NCBI GenBank assembly: GCA_963768305.1
Contig: CAVYHE010000008.1
Span: 1-64,000, forward strand
DNA length: 64,000 bases
DNA from: an uncultured bacterium
Lineage (GTDB): Bacteria; Margulisbacteria; WOR-1; CAVSGV01
Direction: 5' to 3'
In this document: piece after piece, positions 9,557 to 22,640 of the stretch
How the letters are laid out: the number at the start of each line of letters is the position of its first letter
Position numbering within the stretch: position 1 is the stretch's first letter
Translations under genes and position numbers: made by a program
Notes under the pieces: model-generated
The model's database searches: none
What the model was told of the DNA's origin: nothing
What the model saw: only the letters and a program-made list of their open reading frames with translations

Positions 9557-10202
9557 GTAAATTTTGCGCAGCAAAATTTACCCCTAATTCCTCATTCTTA
9601 TCCCTGCGCAAAATTAGGAATAAGAATGAGGGCGAGGAATGAGAAATACAGGAATAGGATAATTTTATTTTTGCGGGGCAAAATTTAAGAAGGAGGATGA
9701 AGAAGAAGAATTAGGAAAACAGTAAGTTCAATTATATCTCGGCAGCAGCAAAATTTACCCCTAATTCCTCATCCTAATTCCTATCCCTTTCTTATCCCTT
9801 TATAGAAAGGAGGCTGAAATATGTTTGATTTTGAAAAATTTGAAGTCTATAAGAAGGCGAAACAACTAACGAAAGAAATTTCCGACCTGATCGCCGGCAT
9901 AAAAGGAGCCAATTCCCGCATTATTGATCAGCTGCTAAGGGCAAGCCTTTCGATCCCCTTAAATATTGCGGAGGGAGCTGGCCGTTATTCTAAAGCGGAC
10001 AAGAAGAACTTTTATGTAATCGCCAGGGGATCTGTTTTTGAGTGCGTAGCGATAATAGATATTATTCATGAAATGGGTTTGGTCCCGCAAGCTACAAAGA
10101 AAGATCTATACGACAAGCTCGAAGAGCTCTCCAAAATGATTTCCGGATTGATCAATTCGCAGAGGTGAGGATTTTTTCTAATTCCTCATTCTTATCCCTG
10201 CG
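9557..10202. repeat. Palindrome/direct-repeat region flanking the four-helix-bundle gene
   Basis: 11-bp IR at 9557-9581; exact 25-bp direct repeat CTAATTCCTCATTCTTATCCCTGCG at 9584-9608 and 10178-10202. Confidence 0.85.
9821..10168 (+). CDS. Four helix bundle protein (23S rRNA-IVP/TIGR02436-like family)
   Basis: FEKFEVYKKA, DQLLRASLSIPLNIAEGAGR, IARGSVFEC; SD GGAGG. Confidence 0.92.
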   Translation: MFDFEKFEVYKKAKQLTKEISDLIAGIKGANSRIIDQLLRASLSIPLNIAEGAGRYSKADKKNFYVIARGSVFECVAIIDIIHEMGLVPQATKKDLYDKLEELSKMISGLINSQR

Positions 10203-10379
10203 AAAAATAAAGACAAATAATAGCAATTTTAGCGGTCATAATAACAAATGACTTGCCATGACGTTATGTAATAATGTTATTATTACACTATATATATGCC
10301 GTTAAGGGTACGGCTGATCAAGCGCAAATATCTTGACATTTACTTACATTATATGTGATATAATAACGCGGTTCTTAAA

Positions 10380-13300
10380 ATGAAAACAAACAAACTGGTG
10401 CTGGCATTTGTTGTTTTTGCTTTTCTGATCCTAATGGGATCCGGTGCCTCTTTTGCATCAGTCCCCACTAAAATTTCTTATGAAGGCATATTGACGGACA
10501 CCAGCACCTTTGAAACACCTATAACTACCACCGTCACCCTCCATTTTAAGATATACGATGCATCTTCCGGCGGAAATGTCATTTGGAGCGGCGAAGATAT
10601 TACTCTCACTCCGGATTCTAACGGCGTTTTCAGCGTTATTCTCGGCAATTCAAATCCGATCACGTTCGATGTTTTTAATGCTCCTAACAGATATCTGGGG
10701 ATACGAGTCGGCAGCGACACGGAGATCAGCCCAAGGACTCAGATCGTAAGCGTGGGTTATGCTTTCAAGGCGGAGTATGCGGGAACAGCGGAATCAGTTG
10801 ACTGGAACAATGTTTTCAATCAACCCAGCATACTGGGAACTACCGGGCCAACAGGACCAGCGGGGCCGACCGGCCCTGCCGGTGCGACAGGCGCAGGTTC
10901 AACAGGCGCGACGGGACCTGAAGGTCCTGCCGGAGCAACTGGTCCGGCCGGAGCAGGGGCAACCGGCGCAACTGGTCCGCAAGGTAATCCAGGAAATTCC
11001 GGCAACAAGGGTGACACCGGTTCAAAAGGTGATCAAGGTAATCAAGGAAATCAAGGTCCGCAGGGATTTACCGGCTCAACCGGTCCGCAAGGTGAAAGTG
11101 GAAATGCTGGTGCAACCGGTCCTCAAGGTAATCAGGGTAATCCAGGTGGACTAGGCAGTACCGGAAATACCGGAGCAACTGGTCCTCAGGGTGATCAAGG
11201 TACTCAGGGTAATCCGGGTGGACTGGGTAATACCGGAAATACCGGAGCGACAGGTCCGGCCGGTCCTCAAGGTACGACCGGTATTCATGGAAATACCGGA
11301 AACACCGGCGCTACTGGTCCCGGCGGTCCTCAAGGTGATTTAGGAAATACTGGAGCAACTGGTCCTCAAGGTATTCAAGGCGGCCAAGGTAATCCCGGTA
11401 CTAACGGAAACACCGGTGCAACTGGTCCGCAAGGCAACTTAGGAAATACTGGAGCAACTGGTCCCCAAGGCACAGCTGGAACAAATGGAAATACCGGAAA
11501 CACCGGTGCAACTGGTCCGATCGGTCCTCAAGGTAACACCGGCGCAACAGGCGCGGGAACAACTGGCGCGACTGGACCTGAAGGCACTCCGGGTGAGCAG
11601 GGTCTTCCGGGAGATACGGGAAATACAGGTCCTCAAGGCACACATGGAAATACCGGCGCAACCGGTCCTCAGGGTAATTTAGGTAACACTGGACCTCAAG
11701 GTAACTTAGGTAATACTGGTAACACAGGCCCGCAAGGTAACTTAGGTAACACTGGTCCTCAGGGTACACCGGGTACTAACGGAACTAATGGTGAAACTGG
11801 TAATACCGGTGCAACCGGTCCTCAGGGTACACCGGGTACTAACGGAACTAATGGTGAAACTGGTAATACCGGAGCAACTGGTCCTCAAGGCGGATTAGGT
11901 AATACTGGTAACACCGGACCCCAGGGTGGATTAGGCAACACCGGAAACACTGGTCCTCAGGGTACACCGGGTACTAACGGAACTAATGGTACTAATGGTG
12001 AAACTGGAAATACCGGACCCCAAGGTGGATTAGGCAATACTGGTAACACCGGACCTCAAGGCGGACTTGGTAACACTGGTAATACTGGGCCTCAAGGTAA
12101 TCAGGGCGGTCAAGGTGATTCAGGAAATACCGGAGCGACTGGTCCTCAGGGTAATCTTGGTAATACTGGTAACACCGGACCTCAAGGTAACTTAGGTAAC
12201 ACTGGAAATACCGGACCCCAGGGTGGATTAGGCAACACTGGTAACACAGGGCCTCAAGGTACACCGGGTACTAACGGAACTAATGGTGAAACTGGTAATA
12301 CCGGAGCAACTGGTCCTCAGGGTAATCTTGGTAATACTGGTAACACCGGACCTCAAGGTAACTTAGGTAACACTGGAAATACTGGACCCCAGGGTGGATT
12401 AGGCAACACCGGAAACACTGGTCCTCAGGGTACACCGGGTACTAACGGAACTAATGGTACTAATGGTGAAACTGGAAATACCGGACCCCAAGGTGGATTA
12501 GGCAATACTGGTAACACCGGACCTCAAGGCGGACTTGGTAACACTGGTAATACTGGGCCTCAAGGTAATCAGGGCGGTCAAGGTGATTCAGGAAATACCG
12601 GAGCGACTGGTCCTCAGGGTAATCTTGGTAATACTGGTAACACCGGACCTCAAGGTAACTTAGGTAACACTGGAAATACCGGACCCCAGGGTGGATTAGG
12701 CAACACCGGTAACACTGGTCCTCAGGGTACACTGGGTACTAACGGAACTAATGGTGAAACTGGTAATACCGGAGCAACTGGTCCTCAGGGCGGATTAGGT
12801 AATACTGGTAACACCGGACCCCAGGGTGGATTAGGCAACACCGGTAACACTGGTCCTCAGGGTACACCGGGTACTAACGGAACTAATGGTACTAATGGTG
12901 AAACTGGAAATACCGGACCCCAAGGTGGATTAGGCAATACTGGTAACACCGGACCTCAAGGCGGACTTGGTAACACTGGTAATACTGGGCCTCAAGGTAA
13001 TCAGGGCGGTCAAGGTGATTCAGGAAATACCGGAGCGACTGGTCCTCAGGGTAATCTTGGTAATACTGGTAACACTGGAAATACCGGACCCCAGGGTGGA
13101 TTAGGCAACACCGGTAACACAGGGCCTCAAGGTAATCTTGGTAATACTGGTAATACAGGGCCACAAGGTATTCAAGGTAACCAGGGCGGTCAAGGTGATT
13201 CAGGAAATACCGGAGCGACTGGTCCTCAGGGTAATCTTGGTAATACTGGTAACACAGGGCCTCAAGGTACACCGGGTACTAACGGAACTAATGGTGAAAC

Positions 13301-16300
13301 TGGTAATACCGGAGCAACTGGTCCTCAGGGTAATCTTGGTAATACTGGTAACACTGGAAATACCGGACCCCAAGGTGGATTAGGCAATACTGGTAACACC
13401 GGACCTCAAGGCGGACTTGGTAACACTGGTAATACTGGGCCTCAAGGTAATCAGGGCGGTCAAGGTGATTCAGGAAATACCGGAGCGACTGGTCCTCAGG
13501 GTAATCTTGGTAATACTGGTAACACCGGACCTCAAGGTAACTTAGGTAACACTGGAAATACCGGACCCCAGGGTGGATTAGGCAACACCGGTAACACTGG
13601 TCCTCAGGGTACACTGGGTACTAACGGAACTAATGGTGAAACTGGTAATACCGGAGCAACTGGTCCTCAGGGCGGATTAGGTAATACTGGTAACACCGGA
13701 CCCCAGGGTGGATTAGGCAACACCGGTAACACTGGTCCTCAGGGTACACCGGGTACTAACGGAACTAATGGTACTAATGGTGAAACTGGAAATACCGGAC
13801 CCCAAGGTGGATTAGGCAATACTGGTAACACCGGACCTCAAGGCGGACTTGGTAACACTGGTAATACTGGGCCTCAAGGTAATCAGGGCGGTCAAGGTGA
13901 TTCAGGAAATACCGGAGCGACTGGTCCTCAGGGTAATCTTGGTAATACTGGTAACACTGGAAATACCGGACCCCAGGGTGGATTAGGCAACACCGGTAAC
14001 ACAGGGCCTCAAGGTAATCTTGGTAATACTGGTAATACAGGGCCACAAGGTATTCAAGGTAACCAGGGCGGTCAAGGTGATTCAGGAAATACCGGAGCGA
14101 CTGGTCCTCAGGGTAATCTTGGTAATACTGGTAACACCGGACCTCAAGGTAACTTAGGTAACACTGGAAATACCGGACCCCAGGGTGGATTAGGCAACAC
14201 TGGTAACACCGGACCTCAAGGCGGACTTGGTAACACTGGTAACACAGGGCCTCAAGGTAATCAGGGCGGTCAAGGTGATTCAGGAAATACCGGAGCGACT
14301 GGTCCTCAAGGTACGCCGGGTACAAATGGAACCAACGGTACTAATGGAACTAATGGTGAAACTGGATCAACCGGACCCCAGGGTGGATTAGGCAACACCG
14401 GTAACACAGGGCCTCAAGGTAATCTTGGTAATACTGGTAATACAGGGCCACAAGGTATTCAAGGTAACCAGGGCGGTCAAGGTGATTCAGGAAATACCGG
14501 AGCGACTGGTCCTCAGGGTAATCTTGGTAATACTGGTAACACCGGACCTCAAGGTAACTTAGGTAACACTGGAAATACCGGACCCCAGGGTGGATTAGGC
14601 AACACTGGTAACACAGGGCCTCAAGGTACACCGGGTACTAACGGAACTAATGGTGAAACTGGTAATACCGGAGCAACTGGTCCTCAGGGTAATCTTGGTA
14701 ATACTGGTAACACCGGACCTCAAGGTAACTTAGGTAACACTGGAAATACTGGACCCCAGGGTGGATTAGGCAACACCGGAAACACTGGTCCTCAGGGTAC
14801 ACCGGGTACTAACGGAACTAATGGTACTAATGGTGAAACTGGTAATACCGGAGCAACCGGTCCTCAGGGTAATCTTGGTAATACTGGTAACACCGGACCT
14901 CAAGGTAACTTAGGTAACACTGGAAATACTGGACCCCAGGGTGGATTAGGCAACACCGGAAACACTGGTCCTCAGGGTAATCAGGGCGGTCAAGGTGATT
15001 CAGGAAATACCGGAGCGACTGGCCCTCAGGGTAATCTTGGTAATACTGGTAACACCGGACCTCAAGGTAACTTAGGTAACACTGGAAATACTGGACCCCA
15101 GGGTGGATTAGGCAACACCGGAAACACTGGTCCTCAGGGTACACCGGGTACTAACGGAACTAATGGTACTAATGGTGAAACTGGTAATACCGGAGCGACT
15201 GGCCCTCAGGGTAATCTTGGTAATACTGGTAACACCGGACCTCAAGGTAACTTAGGTAACACTGGTAACACAGGACCACAAGGTGGACTTGGCAACACCG
15301 GAAATACCGGACCACAAGGTGGTTTGGGTAATACTGGAAATACCGGTCCTCAAGGTACGCCGGGTACAAATGGAACCAACGGTACTAATGGAACTAATGG
15401 TGAAACTGGATCAACCGGACCTCAAGGTGGACTTGGCAACACTGGTAATACAGGACCTCAAGGTGGATTAGGTAACACTGGTAACACAGGACCACAAGGT
15501 ATTCAAGGTAATCAGGGCGGTCAAGGTGATTCAGGAAATACCGGAGCGACTGGCCCTCAGGGTAATCTTGGTAATACTGGTAACACCGGACCTCAAGGTA
15601 ACTTAGGTAACACTGGTAACACAGGACCACAAGGTGGACTTGGCAACACCGGAAATACCGGACCACAAGGTGGTTTGGGTAATACTGGAAATACCGGTCC
15701 TCAAGGTACGCCGGGTACAAATGGAACCAACGGTACTAATGGAACTAATGGTGAAACCGGTAATACCGGAGCAACCGGACCGCAAGGTGGACTTGGCAAC
15801 ACTGGTAATACAGGACCTCAAGGTAACTTAGGTAACACTGGTAACACAGGACCGCAAGGTGGACTTGGCAACACTGGTAATACAGGACCTCAAGGTAACT
15901 TAGGTAACACTGGTAACACAGGACCACAAGGTATTCAAGGTAATCAGGGCGGTCAAGGTGATTCAGGAAATACCGGAGCTACTGGGCCGCAAGGTGGATT
16001 AGGCAATACTGGTAATACTGGACCCCAGGGTGGATTAGGCAACACCGGAAACACTGGTCCTCAAGGTAATCTTGGTAATACTGGAAATACCGGACCCCAG
16101 GGTGGATTAGGCAACACCGGAAACACTGGTCCTCAGGGTACACCGGGTACTAACGGAACTAATGGTACTAATGGTGATTCAGGAAATACCGGAGCTACTG
16201 GGCCGCAAGGTGGATTAGGCAATACTGGTAATACTGGACCTCAGGGTGGATTAGGCAACACCGGAAACACTGGTCCTCAAGGTAATCTTGGTAATACTGG

Positions 16301-18350
16301 AAATACCGGACCCCAGGGTGGATTAGGCAACACCGGAAACACTGGTCCTCAGGGTACACCGGGTACTAACGGAACTAATGGTACTAATGGTGAAACCGGT
16401 AATACCGGAGCAACCGGACCGCAAGGTGGACTTGGCAACACTGGTAATACAGGACCTCAAGGTAACTTAGGTAACACTGGTAACACAGGACCGCAAGGTG
16501 GACTTGGCAACACTGGTAATACAGGACCTCAAGGTAACTTAGGTAACACTGGTAACACAGGACCGCAAGGTGGACTTGGCAACACTGGTAATACAGGACC
16601 TCAAGGTAACTTAGGTAACACAGGACCACAAGGTATTCAAGGTAATCAGGGCGGTCAAGGTGATTCAGGAAATACCGGAGCGACTGGCCCGCAAGGTGGA
16701 TTAGGCAATACTGGTAATACTGGACCCCAGGGTGGATTAGGCAACACTGGTAATACTGGACCGCAGGGTACAGCTGGGACAAATGGAAACACTGGTGCAA
16801 CTGGACCTCAAGGTGAGACTGGAAATACTGGCGCGACAGGACCGCAGGGAGCAACAGGTCCGACCGGAGATACAAAATGGACGACTTCAGGAGATAACAT
16901 TTACAACAATAATTCCGGTTATGTAGGGATCGGGACGCCGGAACCCACGGCGACACTTCAAGTCATCGGATCCGTGGAGTTCGGAAATCCCACTAATTCC
17001 GCGCAAGGCAAATATTCGGTCGTATTCGGGGGATGGAGTAATTATGCTACTGGAGACTTTTCAACGGCGTTCGGAGAATCGTCAGTTGCCCCTTCTCTGG
17101 ATGAACTCGTCGTAGGACGGGGCAATTTATTGTCGGGGACTGAATCTAAAACAACTTGGGTCGACACTGATCCGTTGTTCGTTATCGGGAACGGCAACCC
17201 TTATCAGGCTTATGGCCAGGCAAACGCGCTGGTTGTGCTTAAGAACGCGAATACGTCAATTGCCGGCACTCTTACCGTTAACGGAACTATCGAATCAACA
17301 GCAATTTATCCTACTTTAGCGGGAGGATTTAAATTCCCCGATGGAACGACACAGACCACGGCGGCAGGTGTTTTGGGAAATACTGGCAACACCGGAGCTA
17401 CTGGGCCCGCAGGTACTAACGGCACAAATGGTAATACTGGTGCAACAGGACCTGCGGGAACAAATGGTAACACCGGTAATACCGGACCTCAAGGTGGACT
17501 TGGCAACACTGGTAATACCGGTCCTCAAGGTACAAATGGTAACACCGGTGCAACCGGTCCTCAAGGTGGACTTGGCAACACTGGTAATACCGGTCCTCAA
17601 GGTACAAATGGTAACACCGGTGCAACCGGTCCTCAAGGTGGACTTGGCAATACTGGTAACACTGGACCACAAGGCGGACTTGGGAATACGGGTAACACTG
17701 GTCCCCAAGGTGGACTTGGCAACACTGGTAATACCGGACCTGCAGGTAGCGCTGGCGGACAAGGCAACACTGGAGCTACCGGTCCTGGAGGTAGTGCTGG
17801 CGGACAAGGTAATACTGGAGCTACCGGTCCTGGAGGTAGTGCTGGCGGACAAGGCAGCACCGGCCCGACCGGACCAATGCCGACAGGAGTAAGCGTAACC
17901 GCCGGAAAAACTTTATCGGTTACAAATACTTTAACTTTGTCGGGAACCGACAGCACAACGATCACTTTCCAGGGGACAGATACTTATGTCGGCAGAACGA
18001 CGACTGACACGCTGACGAACAAAAGACTTACTCCGAGAGTTTATAATACCGCTTCCAATACTTCCCTGACTCCGGAAATATCCACTTACGATAATTTTGA
18101 AATTACCGCGCTGGCCGGGGCGATCACCATCAATAATCACGCCACCTCTACTCCGGCGGCCGGTGAAAAAATGATAATCAGGCTTAAAGATAATGGGACG
18201 GCCAGAGCCATTTCTTTTGGAACTGAATATCGGGCGCTGGGGAACGCCTTGCCAACCACGACCGTGATCTCTAAAACATTGTATATGGGCTTTATCTGGA
18301 ACGCGGCGGATTCAAAATGGGATCTGGTTGCGGTCGCTCTGCAGGATTAA
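10380..18350 (+). CDS. Giant secreted collagen-like fibre protein (2656 aa)
   Basis: Signal peptide; N-domain [21 protein letters not shown]; ~2000 aa Gly-X-Y ([12 protein letters not shown]); beta-rich module with adhesin-head-like repeat and [14 protein letters not shown]; second short collagen; globular C-domain. Confidence 0.92.
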   Translation: MKTNKLVLAFVVFAFLILMGSGASFASVPTKISYEGILTDTSTFETPITTTVTLHFKIYDASSGGNVIWSGEDITLTPDSNGVFSVILGNSNPITFDVFNAPNRYLGIRVGSDTEISPRTQIVSVGYAFKAEYAGTAESVDWNNVFNQPSILGTTGPTGPAGPTGPAGATGAGSTGATGPEGPAGATGPAGAGATGATGPQGNPGNSGNKGDTGSKGDQGNQGNQGPQGFTGSTGPQGESGNAGATGPQGNQGNPGGLGSTGNTGATGPQGDQGTQGNPGGLGNTGNTGATGPAGPQGTTGIHGNTGNTGATGPGGPQGDLGNTGATGPQGIQGGQGNPGTNGNTGATGPQGNLGNTGATGPQGTAGTNGNTGNTGATGPIGPQGNTGATGAGTTGATGPEGTPGEQGLPGDTGNTGPQGTHGNTGATGPQGNLGNTGPQGNLGNTGNTGPQGNLGNTGPQGTPGTNGTNGETGNTGATGPQGTPGTNGTNGETGNTGATGPQGGLGNTGNTGPQGGLGNTGNTGPQGTPGTNGTNGTNGETGNTGPQGGLGNTGNTGPQGGLGNTGNTGPQGNQGGQGDSGNTGATGPQGNLGNTGNTGPQGNLGNTGNTGPQGGLGNTGNTGPQGTPGTNGTNGETGNTGATGPQGNLGNTGNTGPQGNLGNTGNTGPQGGLGNTGNTGPQGTPGTNGTNGTNGETGNTGPQGGLGNTGNTGPQGGLGNTGNTGPQGNQGGQGDSGNTGATGPQGNLGNTGNTGPQGNLGNTGNTGPQGGLGNTGNTGPQGTLGTNGTNGETGNTGATGPQGGLGNTGNTGPQGGLGNTGNTGPQGTPGTNGTNGTNGETGNTGPQGGLGNTGNTGPQGGLGNTGNTGPQGNQGGQGDSGNTGATGPQGNLGNTGNTGNTGPQGGLGNTGNTGPQGNLGNTGNTGPQGIQGNQGGQGDSGNTGATGPQGNLGNTGNTGPQGTPGTNGTNGETGNTGATGPQGNLGNTGNTGNTGPQGGLGNTGNTGPQGGLGNTGNTGPQGNQGGQGDSGNTGATGPQGNLGNTGNTGPQGNLGNTGNTGPQGGLGNTGNTGPQGTLGTNGTNGETGNTGATGPQGGLGNTGNTGPQGGLGNTGNTGPQGTPGTNGTNGTNGETGNTGPQGGLGNTGNTGPQGGLGNTGNTGPQGNQGGQGDSGNTGATGPQGNLGNTGNTGNTGPQGGLGNTGNTGPQGNLGNTGNTGPQGIQGNQGGQGDSGNTGATGPQGNLGNTGNTGPQGNLGNTGNTGPQGGLGNTGNTGPQGGLGNTGNTGPQGNQGGQGDSGNTGATGPQGTPGTNGTNGTNGTNGETGSTGPQGGLGNTGNTGPQGNLGNTGNTGPQGIQGNQGGQGDSGNTGATGPQGNLGNTGNTGPQGNLGNTGNTGPQGGLGNTGNTGPQGTPGTNGTNGETGNTGATGPQGNLGNTGNTGPQGNLGNTGNTGPQGGLGNTGNTGPQGTPGTNGTNGTNGETGNTGATGPQGNLGNTGNTGPQGNLGNTGNTGPQGGLGNTGNTGPQGNQGGQGDSGNTGATGPQGNLGNTGNTGPQGNLGNTGNTGPQGGLGNTGNTGPQGTPGTNGTNGTNGETGNTGATGPQGNLGNTGNTGPQGNLGNTGNTGPQGGLGNTGNTGPQGGLGNTGNTGPQGTPGTNGTNGTNGTNGETGSTGPQGGLGNTGNTGPQGGLGNTGNTGPQGIQGNQGGQGDSGNTGATGPQGNLGNTGNTGPQGNLGNTGNTGPQGGLGNTGNTGPQGGLGNTGNTGPQGTPGTNGTNGTNGTNGETGNTGATGPQGGLGNTGNTGPQGNLGNTGNTGPQGGLGNTGNTGPQGNLGNTGNTGPQGIQGNQGGQGDSGNTGATGPQGGLGNTGNTGPQGGLGNTGNTGPQGNLGNTGNTGPQGGLGNTGNTGPQGTPGTNGTNGTNGDSGNTGATGPQGGLGNTGNTGPQGGLGNTGNTGPQGNLGNTGNTGPQGGLGNTGNTGPQGTPGTNGTNGTNGETGNTGATGPQGGLGNTGNTGPQGNLGNTGNTGPQGGLGNTGNTGPQGNLGNTGNTGPQGGLGNTGNTGPQGNLGNTGPQGIQGNQGGQGDSGNTGATGPQGGLGNTGNTGPQGGLGNTGNTGPQGTAGTNGNTGATGPQGETGNTGATGPQGATGPTGDTKWTTSGDNIYNNNSGYVGIGTPEPTATLQVIGSVEFGNPTNSAQGKYSVVFGGWSNYATGDFSTAFGESSVAPSLDELVVGRGNLLSGTESKTTWVDTDPLFVIGNGNPYQAYGQANALVVLKNANTSIAGTLTVNGTIESTAIYPTLAGGFKFPDGTTQTTAAGVLGNTGNTGATGPAGTNGTNGNTGATGPAGTNGNTGNTGPQGGLGNTGNTGPQGTNGNTGATGPQGGLGNTGNTGPQGTNGNTGATGPQGGLGNTGNTGPQGGLGNTGNTGPQGGLGNTGNTGPAGSAGGQGNTGATGPGGSAGGQGNTGATGPGGSAGGQGSTGPTGPMPTGVSVTAGKTLSVTNTLTLSGTDSTTITFQGTDTYVGRTTTDTLTNKRLTPRVYNTASNTSLTPEISTYDNFEITALAGAITINNHATSTPAAGEKMIIRLKDNGTARAISFGTEYRALGNALPTTTVISKTLYMGFIWNAADSKWDLVAVALQD
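10836..16872 (+). repeat. Hierarchical 9/27-bp collagen-coding repeat with large internal duplications
   Basis: Matching blocks at offsets 468, 900 and 882 bp (e.g. 12001 vs 12901 vs 13783). Confidence 0.9.
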
Positions 18351-19593
18351 TTGTTTAGGAGCACAAAAATTAGAAAATTGCTGCTTTTATTCACATTCAT
18401 ATCCCTGGCATCTTCCGCCGCTTATTGCGATCAAATATTCATAACGGATACATCAGCCACTGCAGTGGGACTGGCAGTCGCAACCAATGGAGGGAATATC
18501 ACCGTAGAATGTATCGGCGCCGGAGGCGGCGGCACAGATTCAACAACTATAATATACGGCGGCGGTGGCGGCGAATATCGCAGCAGTAATGTTGCATATA
18601 CTTCGAGTTCGACCGTCCCTATTCAGGTAGGAACAGGCGGGACCGGCGGAACAACAGGCGGAGATGGAACAGATACTAAATGGAATACCACTGCTATAGT
18701 TGCGATACATGGAAATGGCGCATCTAATGCAACAAACCCGGGGCGCGGAGGCCAGGGAGGCACAGGTACCACAGGGTATAATGGCGGTAATGCGGGAGCG
18801 GGTGGTCAATATGCCGGAGGGGCCGGCGGCGGCGGCGCGGGCGGACCCGGCGGTATAGGACAACCTACGTCATCGCGCGGCGGCGGCGGTAGCGCGAAGG
18901 GCGGCTGCGGCGGCGGCGGCGGCGGTAATAGCGACGTTACTAAAACGATCCAAACAACCACAACATCGGGTTCAGATGGCGGGTTTAATCCCGGAGGCAC
19001 AGGCGCCGGTACCGGAGCTACATCAAACGTAGCTCCGGGAGCTGCATCGGGCGGTGGCGGAGGCGGAGGCAGCTTTTCCGCTGGTTCTTATGCAGGCGGC
19101 GATGGTAGTAATGGCACAGAATGGGATTCTTCTCACGGCTCAGGCGGAGGCGGAGGCGGAGGCGGTCAAAGCTGTAATGGCGGCAATGGCGGATTATATG
19201 GAGGCGGCGGTGCAGAGGCTGGATATCCAAATGTCGGCACCCCATCGGGAGGCAATGGCGCCCAGGGTATAATAGTTATAACATTTTGTTCCTGCTACGC
19301 CGACAGTTACGGCAATATCCCCATCAAGCGGGGAATCGCCCAATACAGGGATAACGATCACCGGAACTAATTTTAACAATATAACAGGGATAGTGATAGG
19401 TTCCACTCCAATAACAACATATACTGTCTCAAGCACTACATCAATAACCGGAGTCGTTATCCCAAGCGGGATAGCGACCGGAGCATCATATGACATAAGG
19501 GTGTCAAACTCCGGCGGTCAAAGCGCGACCGGCGCGGGAGATAAATATAATGTGACTACAAGTGACTTTTTTATGCTTTTTAAGCCTAAGTAA
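18351..19593 (+). CDS. Secreted glycine-rich protein with C-terminal IPT/TIG-like domain (frameshift ~19290)
   Basis: Signal peptide; VECIGAGGGG...GGNGAQGIIVIT; second frame TITGTNF..YDIRVSNSGGQS. Confidence 0.75.
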
Positions 19594-19641
19594 GGTTTAA
19601 AGATAAAGCGATGACAGGTATCCGTCCGGAAAATATTTATT

Positions 19642-20763
19642 ATGCGAAAATTTTTTATTTTATTTGCAATAATGCTTTTTGCGGCGGCCGCCGCGTACGG
19701 CGCCGATTATAATATCCGCTTCGGGATCCTGGATTCCGGCGGCATACAGGGGGCAGTCGTCTTCCTATCAACCTGCTCGGAAAAGTGCGCGAACGCCAGG
19801 TGGACACAACATCCAGCGCAAACTTCACGATCAAAGAAGGCTTTTTAAAGGCCATCCGAATTTACCACCCGGCCCTTGGGCCAATTAGTGACAGGCATGG
19901 TACCGTCAAGCGCGAAACAACACAGGGACAATGGAAGTGACGGTCTACCGGCGCCAATTTCGCGTCAGGGTGCGGCAGTCAAATTAAGCCTCGCCGGGCA
20001 ACCGGACATCATCGCGACAAATGTCACGTGTTGTCAATTCCGGCAAGATCACCTGCACTTTTAACTTGACCGGCGCGGCGCTGGGGCTTGGAGCTCACGG
20101 TGACGAACCGGATTCAAGGTCCGGTACACTGCCCTCCGCCTTCACCATAACAGCCCATTCGCCCGTTATAACGTCCATTACGCCGAATAAGGGCAACAAC
20201 ACCGGGATCGTCACCATAACAAACCTTGCCGGCAATTACTTCAAGGCCGGAGCAACAGTAAAGCTTTCAATGTCCGGCGAAAGCGACATTAATGCGGACA
20301 ATGTGACCGTGGAATCCGACGTCCAAGATCACCTGCCGTTTCGATCTTACCGGCAAAGCTACCGGGCTCTGGAACGTTGTGGTCACAAATCCCGACAATC
20401 AATACGGAGACGCTACCCCAGGGATTCAAGATAGAGGAGCCGTCCCTGAAGATCATCGGGCGTGTCCTGAATTATCCGAATCCGTTCAATCCGCCCGGGC
20501 AGACGACTCTGATCAAATATACTTTAAGCAAGGATGCATTGATCACCCTTTATATTTATACTACTCAAGGGGAAAGGATATGGCAATATTCGGCTTCGCC
20601 CGGCTCTCAGGGCGGACAGGCGGGCCCGAACGAAGTGGTTTGGAACGGGATAACGGCATTCAGGGGGATAGCAAGCTCGGGAGTGTATCTGCTGCATGTA
20701 ACCGCGCGCGAGAACGGGCAGTATGTCATCCTGGGCAAAGGAAAGATAGCGATATTGAAATGA
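19642..20763 (+). CDS. Secreted IPT/TIG repeat protein with T9SS-CTD-like (FlgD-Ig-like) C-terminal domain, several frameshifts
   Basis: Signal peptide; PVITSITPNKG repeats; C-terminal NYPNPFNP..IKYTL..WNG..ASSGVYL..KIAILK. Confidence 0.75.
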
Positions 20764-21782
20764 AAAAATATTTATTGCTGTCAATGTTCGCTGTCCTGGC
20801 ATTGTTGCTGAGCGGCATGCCCGCTGCGGCCGACGATGTGGTGGGTTCGACCAGCGATCCGTCTTCCATGGGCGGTGGCGCGCGGCCGATCGGCATGGGA
20901 AGGGCTTTTTCCGCCATCGCGGATGACGCGGACGCGATGTTCATAAATCCGGCCGGAGTCGCATCGCTAAAAGGCCCGCAGGCAATGTCCATGTTCTCCA
21001 ACCTTCTGGAAGACGTTTATTATACCGAGTTCTGCGGAGAAATGCCTTCTCCTTACGGAACATTCGGTCTGGGATACTTCAACTCCGCCATAAGCAATAT
21101 CCCTGTCACCATCAGCAGCACCGAAACTCTCCCTGCCGATTATAACGACAGCGTTCTGGTCTTTAATTACAGCTCCCCTCTCGGAAGGTTCTTTGAATAC
21201 GGCCGCAATATCTTTGTCGGGCTCAATTACAAGATATTCAACCGCGGATGGTCGGGCGCGCTAAATGAGTCCGGCACGGGTTCGAACGCCGATTTCGGCG
21301 TAAAATACATCTATTCCCCTTATTTAAGTTTCGGCCTCGTTCGCCAGAATTTCATTCCATCCGCCATGGGAGCGCTTTTAACGTGGAACGGGAGCGCGGA
21401 AAGCGAGGAAGAATCCTTCATATGCCTGACCAAATTGGGAGTGGCCGTAAGGCCGCCCCTGCCATATGATCTGAATTTCACGCTGGATTACGATGTTGAT
21501 CTTTCGTCGGTCAGCGACCAGCCAAATACCCAGCATGTCGGGCTTGAATGGAAAGTCGATAAATTCCTGGCTTTAAGAGGAGGATGTGAGGAAATGCCCG
21601 ATTCCAATTCCCCCACCCTGACCACCTGGATCCCCAGCGCAGGGGTATCTCTAGGCTACGGCGGATTCAGGTTTGACTATGCTTATCGTCCCTTCTATAA
21701 TAACACATCATTAGCGACGTATTATATCTCTTTGTCCTATATCGGCGAGCCGTGGTTCGCGTTGAAAGGAGAAACTCTTTAA
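20760..21782 (+). CDS. PorV/PorQ-like outer-membrane beta-barrel protein
   Basis: Signal peptide; GARPIGMGRAFSAIADDADAMFINPAG; C-terminal FRFDYAY..YYISLSY. Confidence 0.82.
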   Translation: MKKYLLLSMFAVLALLLSGMPAAADDVVGSTSDPSSMGGGARPIGMGRAFSAIADDADAMFINPAGVASLKGPQAMSMFSNLLEDVYYTEFCGEMPSPYGTFGLGYFNSAISNIPVTISSTETLPADYNDSVLVFNYSSPLGRFFEYGRNIFVGLNYKIFNRGWSGALNESGTGSNADFGVKYIYSPYLSFGLVRQNFIPSAMGALLTWNGSAESEEESFICLTKLGVAVRPPLPYDLNFTLDYDVDLSSVSDQPNTQHVGLEWKVDKFLALRGGCEEMPDSNSPTLTTWIPSAGVSLGYGGFRFDYAYRPFYNNTSLATYYISLSYIGEPWFALKGETL

Positions 21783-21788
21783 CGAAAA

Positions 21789-22640
21789 ATGAAAAAATGC
21801 TGCCTGCTTGTTTTTTTGATCTTGATCATCGCTGCTTGCCCTTTAAGGGCTTTAGCAGCCCAGCAACAAGCTGGGAATTTCGGCATTTCTGAAGCAGGCA
21901 CTCCCGCCAAAAAATATTTTCCCGGGGACATTATCCATCTTGTGGTACAGGCCCCCATAGACACCGATACTCTTTCCGCGCTAATGCCTGACAACAGGAC
22001 GATCAAATTCACTTATGAACCACCCACAAATCTCTGGCACGGCTACTGGGAAGTGCCGCAGGGCTTTAAAAAAGGCAGTTATACCGCAAATCTTGTAGCA
22101 ATGGATTTTGACGGAAATACTTTCGAAGGATTGACCAGCACTTTTTTTATCGGAGAACCGGTGGTTCAGACGGCGGGACTGTCCCCTTCGGAAGAAGCGA
22201 GCCTTAAAGAACAACAGGCCAAAAAATTAGCCGCCGAAGCCCTCCTTCTGGCGGAAGAATCCCAGCAAAAGCTCGGTCAGGCCCAGGCAATGCTCAAAGG
22301 ACAGGAAAATGCTGCCGCCGTAACAAGAACGGCGCCGGTTGTTGCAGCGGTCCAGCCGGCGGTAAAACCGGTCAATGCGGCCATCCCCAAGTCTAAGCAG
22401 GTCGCCGCAAAGCCAAAGCGGGTCGCCGCCAGGCCAAAGCGGGTCGCCACAATGATAACGGAAAACGAAATTCGCCTTGCTTTGATCACCAAAGCGCGAA
22501 CTTATATAATCAATCATGATTATGGAAAAGCCAAAGAACAATTGCTGGCCCTGCTAAAGCTTCAGCCGGATGACACCAATATCAAGCTGATGCTGAACAG
22601 GATCGAGGCGATAATAAAATCAGAACGCGAAACTCCATGA
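21789..22640 (+). CDS. Secreted hypothetical protein (beta-rich domain, coiled coil/Ala-Lys linker, C-terminal TPR-like helix pair)
   Basis: 283-aa ORF, signal peptide, overlaps the start of the next ATPase (ATGA). Confidence 0.7.
   Translation: MKKCCLLVFLILIIAACPLRALAAQQQAGNFGISEAGTPAKKYFPGDIIHLVVQAPIDTDTLSALMPDNRTIKFTYEPPTNLWHGYWEVPQGFKKGSYTANLVAMDFDGNTFEGLTSTFFIGEPVVQTAGLSPSEEASLKEQQAKKLAAEALLLAEESQQKLGQAQAMLKGQENAAAVTRTAPVVAAVQPAVKPVNAAIPKSKQVAAKPKRVAARPKRVATMITENEIRLALITKARTYIINHDYGKAKEQLLALLKLQPDDTNIKLMLNRIEAIIKSERETP

Noticed and set aside
9821..10168. Diversity-generating retroelement (Avd-like gene next to a fibre gene)
   Set aside because: No reverse transcriptase and no template/variable repeat pair seen in the window.
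10759..17965. Many alternative-frame/antisense ORFs over the collagen gene
   Set aside because: Shadow ORFs of the 9-bp periodic repeat.
10380..19593. Prophage
   Set aside because: No integrase, terminase, portal or capsid genes; the proteins carry signal peptides.
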